Below are positions 16,759 through 26,218 of a stretch of 64,000 nt of DNA, one piece after another. The DNA is from Myxococcota bacterium (GTDB lineage Bacteria; Myxococcota_A; UBA796): the NCBI GenBank assembly GCA_047621685.1, contig JBLHNG010000002.1:2350-66349 (forward strand), in the 5' to 3' direction. The notes under the pieces were generated by a model. That model did not search any database and had not been told where the DNA came from. It saw nothing but the letters and a program-made list of their open reading frames with translations. Position 1 is the first letter of the stretch. The number at the start of each line of letters is the position of its first letter. Both the position numbers and the translations under genes were made by a program.

Positions 16759-17939
16759 CAGCTCATCCCCCGGTAAGTCGGCTCACGGGCGACGATCTGT
16801 CCATCGCTCAGGAGAAGGTACTCCACAAACCGCTCCGCTGGCTCGCCGGCTTTGCTGTGGCGAAACAGGACCGGAGCGCCAAGCGGGATCTCCACCCCGG
16901 GCGGAACCCGCAGCGGCGTCTGCACCTCACCGGCTCCCTCGACGGAGATGTACCGCAGACCAGGGGGAAGCACCGGCAGCGGCAGGCGGTCCCAGCCCGG
17001 CTCTCCCGAGGCAATGTAGCCCCCACCCGCACAGGTCACGATGCCCGGATCCGAGCGCCGGACGACCTCCAGGGCGAAGAACGCCGCAGGCTTCAGGTTG
17101 AGGTCGGCGTAGTAGTCAAACAGGTGCGAGCAGAGGAAGCCTGAGCCTGCGGTGACCTCGGTGATCGCGGACTCGGTCGCGTTGAGGTGCACGCTGCCAG
17201 TGCCCCCGGCGTTGACCACGCTCAGCGACACCCCCACCGCCTCCAGCGCCGCCACCGTCGCCGCCCGGCTCGCCGCAGCCGCCGGGTATGCCCGCCGCTT
17301 GAGCAGTCGCTTGACCGGGTTGAGTGCGGGCTGAAACGGACTGGCATCGGGCAGCCCGGCGATGTGTCCCTCATAGGCCATCAGCCCGACGAGCCGAACC
17401 CCGTCGAGATCCGCAGCCGCTCGCGCCAGCGCCACCACATCCGCCGGGGAGCGCAGCGGACTGCGGCGGGCGCCGAGGTGGATCCGCCCGCCGAGGGGTC
17501 GGTAGGAGACATCCAGCTCCAGGATCGCCTCCAGGGTCACCCCGGCGGACCGACCGGCGGCGTCCATGGCGACGAGGTGTGCCCGGTCGTCAGCCATCAG
17601 GCGGATCGTCTTCCCGGCGGCGACCTGCTGCGCGGCGGACCGAAGCGCTGCGGACTGGAGGGTCGGGTAGGCCACCAGCAGGTCATCGAACCCCACCCCG
17701 GCCAGCGCCACCGCCTCCTCCACAGAGAAGCACATCAGCCCGGAACATGCTTCACCGAGCCCATCGAGGATCCGCCGCAGCAGCCCGACATGGCGAATCG
17801 ACTTCGAGGCCACCCGGATCGGGATGCCGCCGGCACTCGCCACCAGGGCGTCGATGTTGGCTGTGACCGCGTCGAGGTCCACCAGGGCCACAGGCAGCCG
17901 CTCCCCCGTCAGCATCCGGCGCGCATCTTCCCAGTCCAT
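16746..17939 (-). CDS. PLP-dependent alanine-racemase-fold enzyme (D-Ser/D-Thr aldolase or amino-acid deaminase-like)
   Basis: Start taken at ATG 17939 (MDWEDARRML..). ..PIRVASKSIR.. provides the PLP-Lys context, and the protein has a TIM-barrel plus C-terminal beta-domain pattern. Confidence 0.7.
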   Translation of the reverse strand: MDWEDARRMLTGERLPVALVDLDAVTANIDALVASAGGIPIRVASKSIRHVGLLRRILDGLGEACSGLMCFSVEEAVALAGVGFDDLLVAYPTLQSAALRSAAQQVAAGKTIRLMADDRAHLVAMDAAGRSAGVTLEAILELDVSYRPLGGRIHLGARRSPLRSPADVVALARAAADLDGVRLVGLMAYEGHIAGLPDASPFQPALNPVKRLLKRRAYPAAAASRAATVAALEAVGVSLSVVNAGGTGSVHLNATESAITEVTAGSGFLCSHLFDYYADLNLKPAAFFALEVVRRSDPGIVTCAGGGYIASGEPGWDRLPLPVLPPGLRYISVEGAGEVQTPLRVPPGVEIPLGAPVLFRHSKAGEPAERFVEYLLLSDGQIVAREPTYRGMSWCFF

Positions 17940-17979
17940 GACGGAGAGTATGGCAGATGGCTGGTGGTAGTCTGAGGCG

Positions 17980-18585
17980 ATGATTCTCTCTCTGCTCTCC
18001 GCCCTGGTGCTCGGCTGCACCGGCTCCACACCCAGCCCAGCCCCCGAAGTCGCCGCACCGCCCGTGACACCGACTCCCCCTGAGACACCGCCTCCCGCGC
18101 TCGAGGCCCGCTGCGGAGAGACACCCCCCGCAAACGACGCCCCCTGGACCGCCGCCACCCCCGCCGACTTCCTGCCCGGCTTCACCGACTACCCTTCCTG
18201 CCCGGTCGTCCTCGGGGACTTCAACGCGGACGGAGCCCAGGATGTCGCGGTGCTGGAGGCCAACACCATCGAGCGGCGGGCGCGGCTGCGGTTCGTCATG
18301 GCGGATGGCACCAGCATCGTGGCGGTCACCTGGCCGACGGTGCCGGCGGAGATGGGCAGCGGCGTGGTGCCCACCCTGGTCAACCCCAAGCCTGTCAGCA
18401 AGGATGTCGCGCGCGACAACATGAGCGACGATGCGCGCAAGGCCCTCGCCGGTCGAGATGCGGTGGAGACCTGCCATGCGGAGGGCGAGGCGCTTGAGAC
18501 CGCGGACATCAGCGACCTCTGCTACTGCTCGAGCTTCTGGGTCATCGACGACGGTGTTGCAAAGGGCCACCTGGTCTGCGACTGA
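17980..18585 (+). CDS. hypothetical lipoprotein
   Basis: 201 aa with MILSLLSALVLGC lipobox and a Pro-rich linker. One FG-GAP-like DFNADGAQD motif. Confidence 0.5.
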   Translation: MILSLLSALVLGCTGSTPSPAPEVAAPPVTPTPPETPPPALEARCGETPPANDAPWTAATPADFLPGFTDYPSCPVVLGDFNADGAQDVAVLEANTIERRARLRFVMADGTSIVAVTWPTVPAEMGSGVVPTLVNPKPVSKDVARDNMSDDARKALAGRDAVETCHAEGEALETADISDLCYCSSFWVIDDGVAKGHLVCD

Positions 18586-18707
18586 GCCTCTGAGGGTGCT
18601 GCAGGTGGCTTGTGGAACCTCCCGACGCTCTGAATTGTGCAGGATGGGGCACGAACCGCTTCGAATCCAGGGGGTTCAGCAATGCTGCCCTCTCCAAAGT
18701 CCGGCGC

Positions 18708-19094
18708 TCAGCGATTCCGCATGTGACTGGCGATGCGAAAGAAGGCGTCAAACAGCCCCTTAGCAACAGCCGCATCCATCACACCGTCCCGGGATCGCTC
18801 CTCCAGGGCCAGCCCCATGCAGCGCATCCAGGCTGCCGCGGCGTCATCGTCGACCGCAAACGGCATGTGGCGTCCCCGCAGTCGGGGGTGACCGTACTTC
18901 TCGACATAGGCCGGCGGACCACCGCTCCAGCCGAACAGGAACAGAGAGAACTTCTCCCGAGACTCTGTGAGGTCGGCCGGGTGCATCGCCCGGATCGTGG
19001 CGGCCTCTGGGAGGGTGTCCATCAGCACATAGAACCGATCCACCAGCTGTCGGATCCCGTCCTCGCCGCCCATTTGTTCGAATACCGTCTTCAT
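18708..19094 (-). CDS. group II truncated haemoglobin
   Basis: 128 aa from ATG 19094 (MKTVFEQMGGEDGIRQLVDRFY..). ..FLFGWSGGPPAYVEKYGHPRLRGRHMPF.. is the trHbO signature region. Confidence 0.8.
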   Translation of the reverse strand: MKTVFEQMGGEDGIRQLVDRFYVLMDTLPEAATIRAMHPADLTESREKFSLFLFGWSGGPPAYVEKYGHPRLRGRHMPFAVDDDAAAAWMRCMGLALEERSRDGVMDAAVAKGLFDAFFRIASHMRNR

Positions 19095-19166
19095 CGCCAC
19101 CCTATATCCATCAGTCGAACACCTCCGCCAGCGAGCGGTACCAGCCAGCCGTGCCCAACCCATAGA

Positions 19167-20600
19167 TCAGGGCGCAAAGACGTACAGATCCGACAGGAGC
19201 GTCCCCCGCCCCTGCAGCCGCCCAGACCCCTCAGAGTCCCCACTGGACCACTTGACATCCCACACCAGCGTGCCATCCGCAGCAATCTCCCGAGTGCGCG
19301 CACCCGACCCATAGTTGTGCAGAGTGTTCCCGTTCTCCAGCCGGTGAGCCTCTCCAGCAGTGTTCCCAGCGATGCCCTGATCCTCGCCAAAGCTGAACAC
19401 CTCCGTCAGTGTCTTCGCCTCATAGTCCAGGGCGTACTCCCGAACTGCGAGGGTATCCAGCGAGGGCGTGTAGTAGGGGTTGGACTCATGCATCTTCGTA
19501 GACAGCAGGAGGTTGCCCTCCGGGGTGAACGTGACCCCATGCTGGTAGTCGAAGGTCGTGCGCTCGTCAGCGAAGGTCCAGTCTGAGACCTGCCCCCAGC
19601 TGCTCAGGGTGTTCCCCTGGTTGTCCATGTGCAGCACCGTGTCCTTGACCTGTCCCGCTGAGGAGGGGAACGAGACGATGAACGTGTCGCTCTCCTCATG
19701 CCACCACCAGGAGTTGGAGTGGCAGGAGTTGCCGGTCTGGCCGAGCTGCTCGACCTCGAACTCGCTGCACTTCCAGAGGGTCTCGGTGGTGCCGTCGAGG
19801 TTCAGCTTGTCGAGCCACTCCTCGTTGTTGTTGATGATGTTGCCCCAGACCAGGCTGCCATCGGACAGCTCATCCCAGGCGTGGTGGAGGCCGGGGGTGG
19901 TGTAGGACTCCAGGATCTGCCCGTCGATCTTCATGCGATGGACCTGAGACTCTTCGCTGGAGCCCCAGGACCAGACCGTGCTCTCATCCCACATCAGGTC
20001 GTCGCCGTCGTAGGAGATGCGGGTCCAGATGGTCCAGTGCTCGCCCGGGGTCTTCATGGCCCACACCACCCGGGCCTGCCTGTCGAGGATGAGCTTCCAG
20101 TAGTCCCCACCCGTCCAGCCGCCCGAGGAGCCGTTGATGCTGGTGTAGAGGTACTTCCCGTCGGCCAGCCAGCGGTCCGGATCGCCAGAGACATACTCCG
20201 GGACGGGCATCCCAGAGGGGTGGTCCTCCGTCTCGGCTTCGGTGACATCCGAGGTGCCAGCACCGGTGGTGAGGCGGATCTCAACGTCGGTGTCGTAGGG
20301 GATGCCGAGGAGCAGCTCCTCCTGGGAGCCGGCGCTGAAAGTCCGGGCAGGGGTGGCCATCCAGACGCCGTCGTCGAAGCTGTACTCCACCGATCCCGTC
20401 GCCTCCGCTTCCTGCTCCCAGGTGACATAGATCAGCGAGCCGATGGTGTCGTGGGTCCGCCAGGTGAGGAACTCCTCCTCGACGGGCTGGTCGGAGTCGG
20501 AGGGATTGGTGTCGGTGGTGTCGGTGGTGTCCGGAGTGGAGTCTGAGGTATCGGACTCGACGACGAAGACCGGCTGGCAGGCAATGAAGAAGGCGATCAT
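19167..20600 (-). CDS. arylsulfotransferase (ASST)-like beta-propeller lipoprotein
   Basis: Start at ATG 20600 (MIAFFIAC lipobox), followed by an acidic DT-rich linker. The body resembles the Arylsulfotrans_2 propeller family (..LHHAWDELSDGSLVW.., ..DYQHGVTFTPEGNLLLS..). Confidence 0.55.
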   Translation of the reverse strand: MIAFFIACQPVFVVESDTSDSTPDTTDTTDTNPSDSDQPVEEEFLTWRTHDTIGSLIYVTWEQEAEATGSVEYSFDDGVWMATPARTFSAGSQEELLLGIPYDTDVEIRLTTGAGTSDVTEAETEDHPSGMPVPEYVSGDPDRWLADGKYLYTSINGSSGGWTGGDYWKLILDRQARVVWAMKTPGEHWTIWTRISYDGDDLMWDESTVWSWGSSEESQVHRMKIDGQILESYTTPGLHHAWDELSDGSLVWGNIINNNEEWLDKLNLDGTTETLWKCSEFEVEQLGQTGNSCHSNSWWWHEESDTFIVSFPSSAGQVKDTVLHMDNQGNTLSSWGQVSDWTFADERTTFDYQHGVTFTPEGNLLLSTKMHESNPYYTPSLDTLAVREYALDYEAKTLTEVFSFGEDQGIAGNTAGEAHRLENGNTLHNYGSGARTREIAADGTLVWDVKWSSGDSEGSGRLQGRGTLLSDLYVFAP

Positions 20601-20630
20601 GGGGGGATGGTAGCAGTGGATGGCTGACAA

Positions 20631-21242
20631 TCACCGCCCGATCAGCACAAAGCCCCGGGTCTTCCCGCCGTCGCCATCCGCCGTGTTCATCGCCGCCCAC
20701 AGCGCCGCAGCCTCCACCCAGACCGGCGGGTACTTGTCGCTGGCGGTGTCGAGGAGCAGGAAGCGGTCGCTGTCAGGAGTGCGAGAGCGCGGCAGGGCGT
20801 GGGTCGGTCGGGAAGACCGGCGGGCTTGTCGCGCCGAGGGCGAAGAAGTCGACACGTTGGCTGAAGAAGACCAGCGCCATCCCGCCCTCAACTGGAAGGA
20901 CGACCACTGCTCCATACGCAAGCCAGGTGTCATCGTCGCTGCGGGTGAGGGTGAGGGGGATGACCGCGGCGTCCCTGATGAAGCACGCACTGCCCTCCGC
21001 AGAGGCCCCCCAGACATCGGGGAGGCGCTGACTGATGTCGCCGAGGATCTCGCCGAGGTTCTCCACAAGCTCGACCACCCGGTAGCCGAATGCTGCATCG
21101 GAGAGGAACACCGAAAGCTCCGGGAGCACGATGGAGTAGCGACCGCTGTCTTCGTCGTCGGAGTCTTCGTCGGAGTCTTCGTCTGCATCAGCCAGGGGGA
21201 GTCCCGCGCAGCGAGCTGCTCGAAGGTGAGAAGACGGTTCAC
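20631..21242 (-). pseudogene. possible frame-disrupted gene of unknown function
   Basis: The middle (20773..21129 frame: LPELSVFLSDAAFGYRVVELVENLGEILGD..) and the 3' end (other frame: DRFLLLDTASDKYPPVWVEAAALWAAMNTADGDGGKTRGFVLIGR) both look protein-like, but they lie in different frames. There is a G5 run at 21194-21198. Faint SMI1/KNR4-like flavour, unverified. Confidence 0.3.
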
Positions 21243-21590
21243 CGGGTCATGGTATCGCGACCACTTGAAGCCGCTCCTGCTGAGACACCAGCCCTCATGG
21301 GGACAAGGATGCCTGTTTTCCTTCCGCTAGAGGTTGGAGCACATGATGCCGCTGACGTCCGAGAGCATCCTCGAACAGGCGCGTGGGCATCGCACGTTCG
21401 AGGACCAGGCATGGGCCCGGCGCTGCAGGGTGCAGCGCGGCGCAGAGGCCCCGGTCCTGCGCCGACGATGATGACGAGGGCACGAATGGGGCACCCGTCA
21501 TGTCGCCCCCTTCTGGCGGACTGTTTGTGTGAGAGGATGTCAGCGCGTAGCGGGGGGTTTGGGGGTGAAAACCCCGTCTCAGACAAAAGC

Positions 21591-21632
21591 GCACCAGTCG
21601 GGCCGGATACGGTCCGGCCCGGTGACTGGTGC
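21591..21632 (-). terminator. strong hairpin followed (minus strand) by GCTTTTGT; candidate intrinsic terminator of an unannotated minus-strand transcript
   Basis: gcaccagtc-gggccgga / tccggccc-(ggt bulge)-gactggtgc gives 17 bp in total. On the minus strand a short T-run follows. Confidence 0.35.
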
Positions 21633-21945
21633 CACGAATGGCGCTCTCGGCGTCGTCCAACGTGCACCCGGGCATGGCCATCAGAGACCTCAAGATCCGA
21701 CGACGCGGCGAGGCGACCGTGGTCGCGTCAGGACTCGAGGAGACCCGTCAGTGACCGGTGTGGTGTGACCTGTCGCAACAAGCAGCAGCCCGATCATCCC
21801 ACCCTCCAGCCGCATCAAACCCCAACCCGAGGCCGGCGTTCCCACCAGGCTCCGTCAAATGCGATGCACAGGGGATTGTGGGCGGCATCGGCATGCGTCA
21901 TGGTGAGAACGTGACTCACCACCACCACCATCCCCGGGATCACCA

Positions 21946-24060
21946 ATGTCCACACGCGCGCTCGCCCCGCTGCTGTCTGTCGTCCTCATCGCCTGCGAAG
22001 AGGAGGGCGACTCCACCTCCACCGACATCGCCACCCTCAGTGATCGGATCGCGGTCCTCGAGACCGGTCAGGAGGATGCGACCGCCGTGAATGCGGCGCT
22101 GCTGGAGGCCATCGCGGCGCTGGAAGACGACAACACAGCGCTGCACGCCGAGCTTGCGGCACTCAGCGGCGGGATCGACCTGACCGAGCTGGCAAACGAC
22201 GTGACCCGCAACGCCGAGGACATCGCCACCCACGATGCACAATTCGCTGTGGTCGACGACGCCATCGCCGCCAACGTCACCGCCAGCGCCGCAGCGATCA
22301 CCGACCTCACCGGTCGGCTCGATGCCGTCGAAGGAGACTACCTCACCAGCGCGGACCTCTCCAGCTATGCCACGACGTCTGCAGTCGATGCCGCCATCGC
22401 GGGGATCGACCACTCCAGCTACCTCACCAGCAGCGACATCAGCAGCTACGCCACCGAGTCCTGGGTCTCCTCACAGGGCTTCGCAGACGGCACCGATGTC
22501 TCCACAAACACCACCGACATCGCCGCCATCGCCGCAGACTACCTCACCAGCGGTGACCTCTCCGATGCAGCCTCCGCCAGCGACCTCTCCGCGCTGGAGA
22601 GCGACGTCGTCGCCATTGAGGCTGACTACCTCACCAGCAGCGATCTCTCCGGCTATGCCGCCGAGACCTGGGTGACCGCGCAGGGATTCGCCGCAGACAC
22701 CGACGTCTCCGCGAACACCACTGACATCGCCACAAACACCACCGACATCGCCGACATCGCCACCGACTACCTCACCGGCGGTGACCTGAGCGGCATCGCC
22801 GACGAGTCCTGGGTGATCGCACAGGGCTTCGCGGCCGACGCCGATGTCTCTGCAAACACCACCGACATCGCTTCCATCGCGGCGAACTACCTCACCAGCG
22901 GCGACCTCTCCAGCTACGCCACCGTCGCCGAAGTCAGCACAGCCATCGCGGGGATCGACCACTCCAGCTACCTCACCAGCAGCGACATCAGCAGCTACGC
23001 CACCGAGTCCTGGGTCGCCTCACAGGGCTTCGCAGACGACGCCGATGTCTCCGCAAACACCACTGACATCGCTGGCGTCGCCTCAGACATCGCCGACATC
23101 GCCACCGACTACCTCACCGGAAGCGACCTCGCGAGCTACGCCACTGCCACCGACGTCAGCGCTGCCATCGCAGGGATCGACCACTCCAGCTACCTCACCA
23201 GCAGCGACATCAGCAGCCACGCCACCGAGTCCTGGGTGATCGCACAGGGCTTCGCGGACGACGCCGATGTCTCCGCAAACACCACCGACATCGCCACAAA
23301 CACCGTCGACATCGCCGCCATCGCCACCGACTACCTCACCGGGAGCGACCTGAGCGGCTACGCCACCGAGTCCTGGGTGCTGGGCAAGGGCTACAGCACC
23401 GACACCGTCGATGCCCAGCTTGAGGCGCTGGCGACCTACCTCGCCGTCGACACCGGCACCGACGAGATCGTGCTCTCCGGGGCCAACCTGATCCTCCAGT
23501 CCGGCTCCGGGGCCACCAACGACAGCGGCTCGCTGCTGGGGCTGGGCAACCTCATCATCGGCTACGACACCGACGACGGCGGCGACACCAAGACCGGCAG
23601 CCACAACCTCATCATCGGCGACGACCACACCTACACAAAGTACGGCGGCCTCGTCGCTGGCGAGAACAACACGCTCACCGGCATCTACGGGGTGGTCGGC
23701 GGCTACAGCAACACCGTCAGTGGCTCCTATTCCACAGTCACGGGCGGGCGCTCCAACACCGCCAGCGGCATCTACTCCTCGGTCGGAGGCGGTCGGGACA
23801 ACATCGCAAGTGGGTACTACACCGTGGTCAGCGGGGGGTACATCAACTCAGCGGTCGGGGTCTACAGCGTGGTCGGGGGTGGCTACATCAACACCGCACT
23901 CGGCGACTACTCCGCAGTCAGCGGGGGGCGGCTCAACACCGCAAGCGGCAGCTACTCCTCGGCAAGCGGCGGCTACGCCAACACCGCAACCGGCAACTAC
24001 TCCTCCGTCTACGGGGACTCCTACCAGATCGCCACGACCACCTACAGCTACGCCCCCTGA
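21946..24060 (+). CDS. repetitive surface lipoprotein with tail-fibre-like coiled-coil repeats and a C-terminal YadA-head (Hep_Hag)-like repeat region
   Basis: 704 aa with lipobox VVLIAC. Reiterated DYLTS(G/S)DLSSYAT..ESWV..QGFA.D.DVSANTTDIA units. C-terminus made of ..SGG..NTASG.YS..GG.. heptad-like repeats. No membrane-anchor domain. Confidence 0.75.
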   Translation: MSTRALAPLLSVVLIACEEEGDSTSTDIATLSDRIAVLETGQEDATAVNAALLEAIAALEDDNTALHAELAALSGGIDLTELANDVTRNAEDIATHDAQFAVVDDAIAANVTASAAAITDLTGRLDAVEGDYLTSADLSSYATTSAVDAAIAGIDHSSYLTSSDISSYATESWVSSQGFADGTDVSTNTTDIAAIAADYLTSGDLSDAASASDLSALESDVVAIEADYLTSSDLSGYAAETWVTAQGFAADTDVSANTTDIATNTTDIADIATDYLTGGDLSGIADESWVIAQGFAADADVSANTTDIASIAANYLTSGDLSSYATVAEVSTAIAGIDHSSYLTSSDISSYATESWVASQGFADDADVSANTTDIAGVASDIADIATDYLTGSDLASYATATDVSAAIAGIDHSSYLTSSDISSHATESWVIAQGFADDADVSANTTDIATNTVDIAAIATDYLTGSDLSGYATESWVLGKGYSTDTVDAQLEALATYLAVDTGTDEIVLSGANLILQSGSGATNDSGSLLGLGNLIIGYDTDDGGDTKTGSHNLIIGDDHTYTKYGGLVAGENNTLTGIYGVVGGYSNTVSGSYSTVTGGRSNTASGIYSSVGGGRDNIASGYYTVVSGGYINSAVGVYSVVGGGYINTALGDYSAVSGGRLNTASGSYSSASGGYANTATGNYSSVYGDSYQIATTTYSYAP
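22393..23295 (+). repeat. three near-identical ~132-bp intragenic DNA repeats (22393-22524, 22942-23073, 23164-23295) plus shorter partial copies
   Basis: Direct comparison: copies 1 and 2 are identical over their first 75 nt, and all three differ at only scattered positions. Confidence 0.85.
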
Positions 24061-24401
24061 CGCCGACGCATCCCCGCGATCACCAGGAAGCCAGCCAGCA
24101 GCCCCATCGTGCCGGGGGTGCCGGTCGCACAGCCGCCGCAGCCCTCAGCGGGCGGGCCGTCGCACCACACCTCCGTCCAGGCGCTCGCTCCGTTTGTTGA
24201 GCAGGCGTAGGTGTAGTCGGTGTCGCTGAACTGCTCCTCGCACGGCGACAGACCGGAGTCGCTGCCGTCCTGGTAGGAGCCGCTGCAGGTGTCGCAGGTG
24301 GTGCCGTCCTGCTCCTTGCGGTCGACGGTGCAGTCCTCTCGGTAGAAGGGACCGGGGGAAACATCCGCGGAGGCGGTCAGGGTGAGCAGCAGGGTGATCA
24401 T
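24048..24401 (-). CDS. small secreted Cys-rich protein with a MYXO-CTERM-like sorting tail
   Basis: 117 aa with an N-terminal signal (MITLLLTLTASA). The C-terminus GCGGCATGTPGTMGLLAGFLVIAGMRRRQ is a Gly/Cys box, a TM helix and an Arg cluster. The 3' end overlaps the convergent gene by 13 nt. Confidence 0.6.
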   Translation of the reverse strand: MITLLLTLTASADVSPGPFYREDCTVDRKEQDGTTCDTCSGSYQDGSDSGLSPCEEQFSDTDYTYACSTNGASAWTEVWCDGPPAEGCGGCATGTPGTMGLLAGFLVIAGMRRRQGA

Positions 24402-24415
24402 GGCCGCAGCATATC

Positions 24416-24733
24416 CTACCGAACCAGGGCGATCATGCCAGACGCCGCCGGGCAGCAGTCCGCGCAGGTTCCCGGGGCAAACTCCGCACCGAGGATGACC
24501 GGGTCCTCCGCAGGCGGGCTGGTTGGGGCGGTGTAGCGCCCGCAGTCAGTGATCGTGCCGACCGCCGCATCCCCACCCTCGATCTCATCGACGAACCACA
24601 GCACCGCGCAGGGATCGACCGACTCGCCCGACCACGTCATCGCGAATTCGACCGACTCCCCAGCAGAGAGCGCGCCGTCTGGAGCCGACAGCTCTCCACG
24701 GCACGTCGCACAGCCCAGCAGGATCAGCAGCAT
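24416..24733 (-). CDS. hypothetical small lipoprotein
   Basis: 105 aa with MLLILLGC lipobox. ATGA overlap with the upstream plsC-like gene. Confidence 0.45.
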   Translation of the reverse strand: MLLILLGCATCRGELSAPDGALSAGESVEFAMTWSGESVDPCAVLWFVDEIEGGDAAVGTITDCGRYTAPTSPPAEDPVILGAEFAPGTCADCCPAASGMIALVR

Positions 24734-25947
24734 CAGTTGCCTCCGGTGGTCCGCTTCGCATGCTCGAAGTGTGCGGAGAGGAAGTGCTTCCAGAGGTTGA
24801 TGCTGTAGCGGCTGGGGCGGATCTGGTAGTTGCGCGCCTCGGTTCGGACCTGAAGCTTGCTGCCGATCTGCATCAGCACCGCCTGGATCTCGCTGTAGTC
24901 GAGGGAGAAGGAGTCCTCGGGACGCATTGCATCGAAGGTCAGCCGGTTGTTGTAGACCGTCATGGTGCCCTCCCCGAGCACCTCCGGCTCGACAATCCCC
25001 CGATGCACCAGCTCCACCCGGGTCTGAGCGCCGACCAGCACCTCTCCATCATCCGCGAACCGCTCCGTGTCGGCGACCGGAAGCGCCCCGAAGTGGTCCA
25101 GGATCTGGTAGTAGACCAGATCGACTGTGGTCTGGGTGCCGTCGTGCTCGGCGTGCAGCCTGCAGGTCAGATCCACCCGCCACACCCCCTGACAGGCCGA
25201 GCAGCCAATGCGACTGTTGTCGACCAGGGTGACGGTCCCCAGGGCAAAGCAGGATGGGCAGGCCCACAGGAACTTCGGCAGCCCCCACGCCACCCGAAAT
25301 CCCCAGGAGAACCGGGGCAGCGGCGTGGTGTTGGGATCCACTGCGACCTTTGCGACGAGATCGGCGGTGACCTCGGCGTCCGTGAAGCTGTCGTCGTAGA
25401 TCTTCGTTGGCAGGAATTCGATGTGGATCGGGACCAGCCGGGGATAGCGCGCCCACCGGGGCCAGTGGAAGTGCGCGGTGGTCATCCGGCAGAACGACAC
25501 CGTACAGCCCAGCCGCTTCGCCAGCCGACCGGTGGAGTCCTTGATCGGCTGCATGCGCCCGGTCCAAGACCGGTTGCCCTCAGGAAAGAGCAGGACGACC
25601 CCGCCATCAGAGATGCGATCCCCGATCTCCGTCATCGCCGCCCGATCCTTCATGCCCTTGGCGAACGAGATGACCGACAGCCACGGAATCAGCCTTCCGA
25701 GGAAGGGAACCCGGAGCATCTGGTCGGTGCCCACCCCATGCGTCCGACGCCGGGCCGCCCAGGAGACGAGCACGGGATCGAAGAAGGTGGTGTGGTTGGC
25801 GATGATCAGCACCCCACCCTTTCGGGGAACCCGTCGCCAGTGGTGCGCCCGAAGGCGGACCAGCGGGATAAACGAGACACCGAGCAGGGTAGTGGCGAAC
25901 AGCCAGAAGAGCTGACGCAGCCGTCGGTTTGGTTCGGGCTGAGGCAT
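24733..25947 (-). CDS. 1-acyl-sn-glycerol-3-phosphate acyltransferase family (PlsC-like) with a C-terminal extension
   Basis: Start at ATG 25947 (MPQPEPNRRL..). NHTTFFD (HxxxxD) and FPEGNRS acyltransferase motifs. N-terminal TM segment. Confidence 0.8.
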   Translation of the reverse strand: MPQPEPNRRLRQLFWLFATTLLGVSFIPLVRLRAHHWRRVPRKGGVLIIANHTTFFDPVLVSWAARRRTHGVGTDQMLRVPFLGRLIPWLSVISFAKGMKDRAAMTEIGDRISDGGVVLLFPEGNRSWTGRMQPIKDSTGRLAKRLGCTVSFCRMTTAHFHWPRWARYPRLVPIHIEFLPTKIYDDSFTDAEVTADLVAKVAVDPNTTPLPRFSWGFRVAWGLPKFLWACPSCFALGTVTLVDNSRIGCSACQGVWRVDLTCRLHAEHDGTQTTVDLVYYQILDHFGALPVADTERFADDGEVLVGAQTRVELVHRGIVEPEVLGEGTMTVYNNRLTFDAMRPEDSFSLDYSEIQAVLMQIGSKLQVRTEARNYQIRPSRYSINLWKHFLSAHFEHAKRTTGGN

Positions 25948-26218
25948 CACGCGACCCTGCCACACTCCGGGTGTTCTCTCCAGAGAGTCTGCGGAGGGTG
26001 GATCGATGCGTGCAGGTTCGATGCTGATGATGACAGCGGTGGGCTGTGGGGACAAAGACGACGACGCGGCAAGCCCCGGCAGCGCGCCAGACACCAGCAC
26101 GGTCGCATTCGTCGAGGTCAGCTCTCTGGGTAGCAGTTTTTTTGAACCATCTACTGCACACTGTTTGTATATGGTGTATACATAGTACACCCGAACCGTA
26201 TGCAAAAAGAGGTGTGCA

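Noticed and set aside
18640-18690. TTCGAATCC motif in the 18586-18707 intergenic region (possible tRNA)
   Set aside because: The adjacent bases (ACCGC / CCAGG) are not complementary, so no cloverleaf can be drawn.
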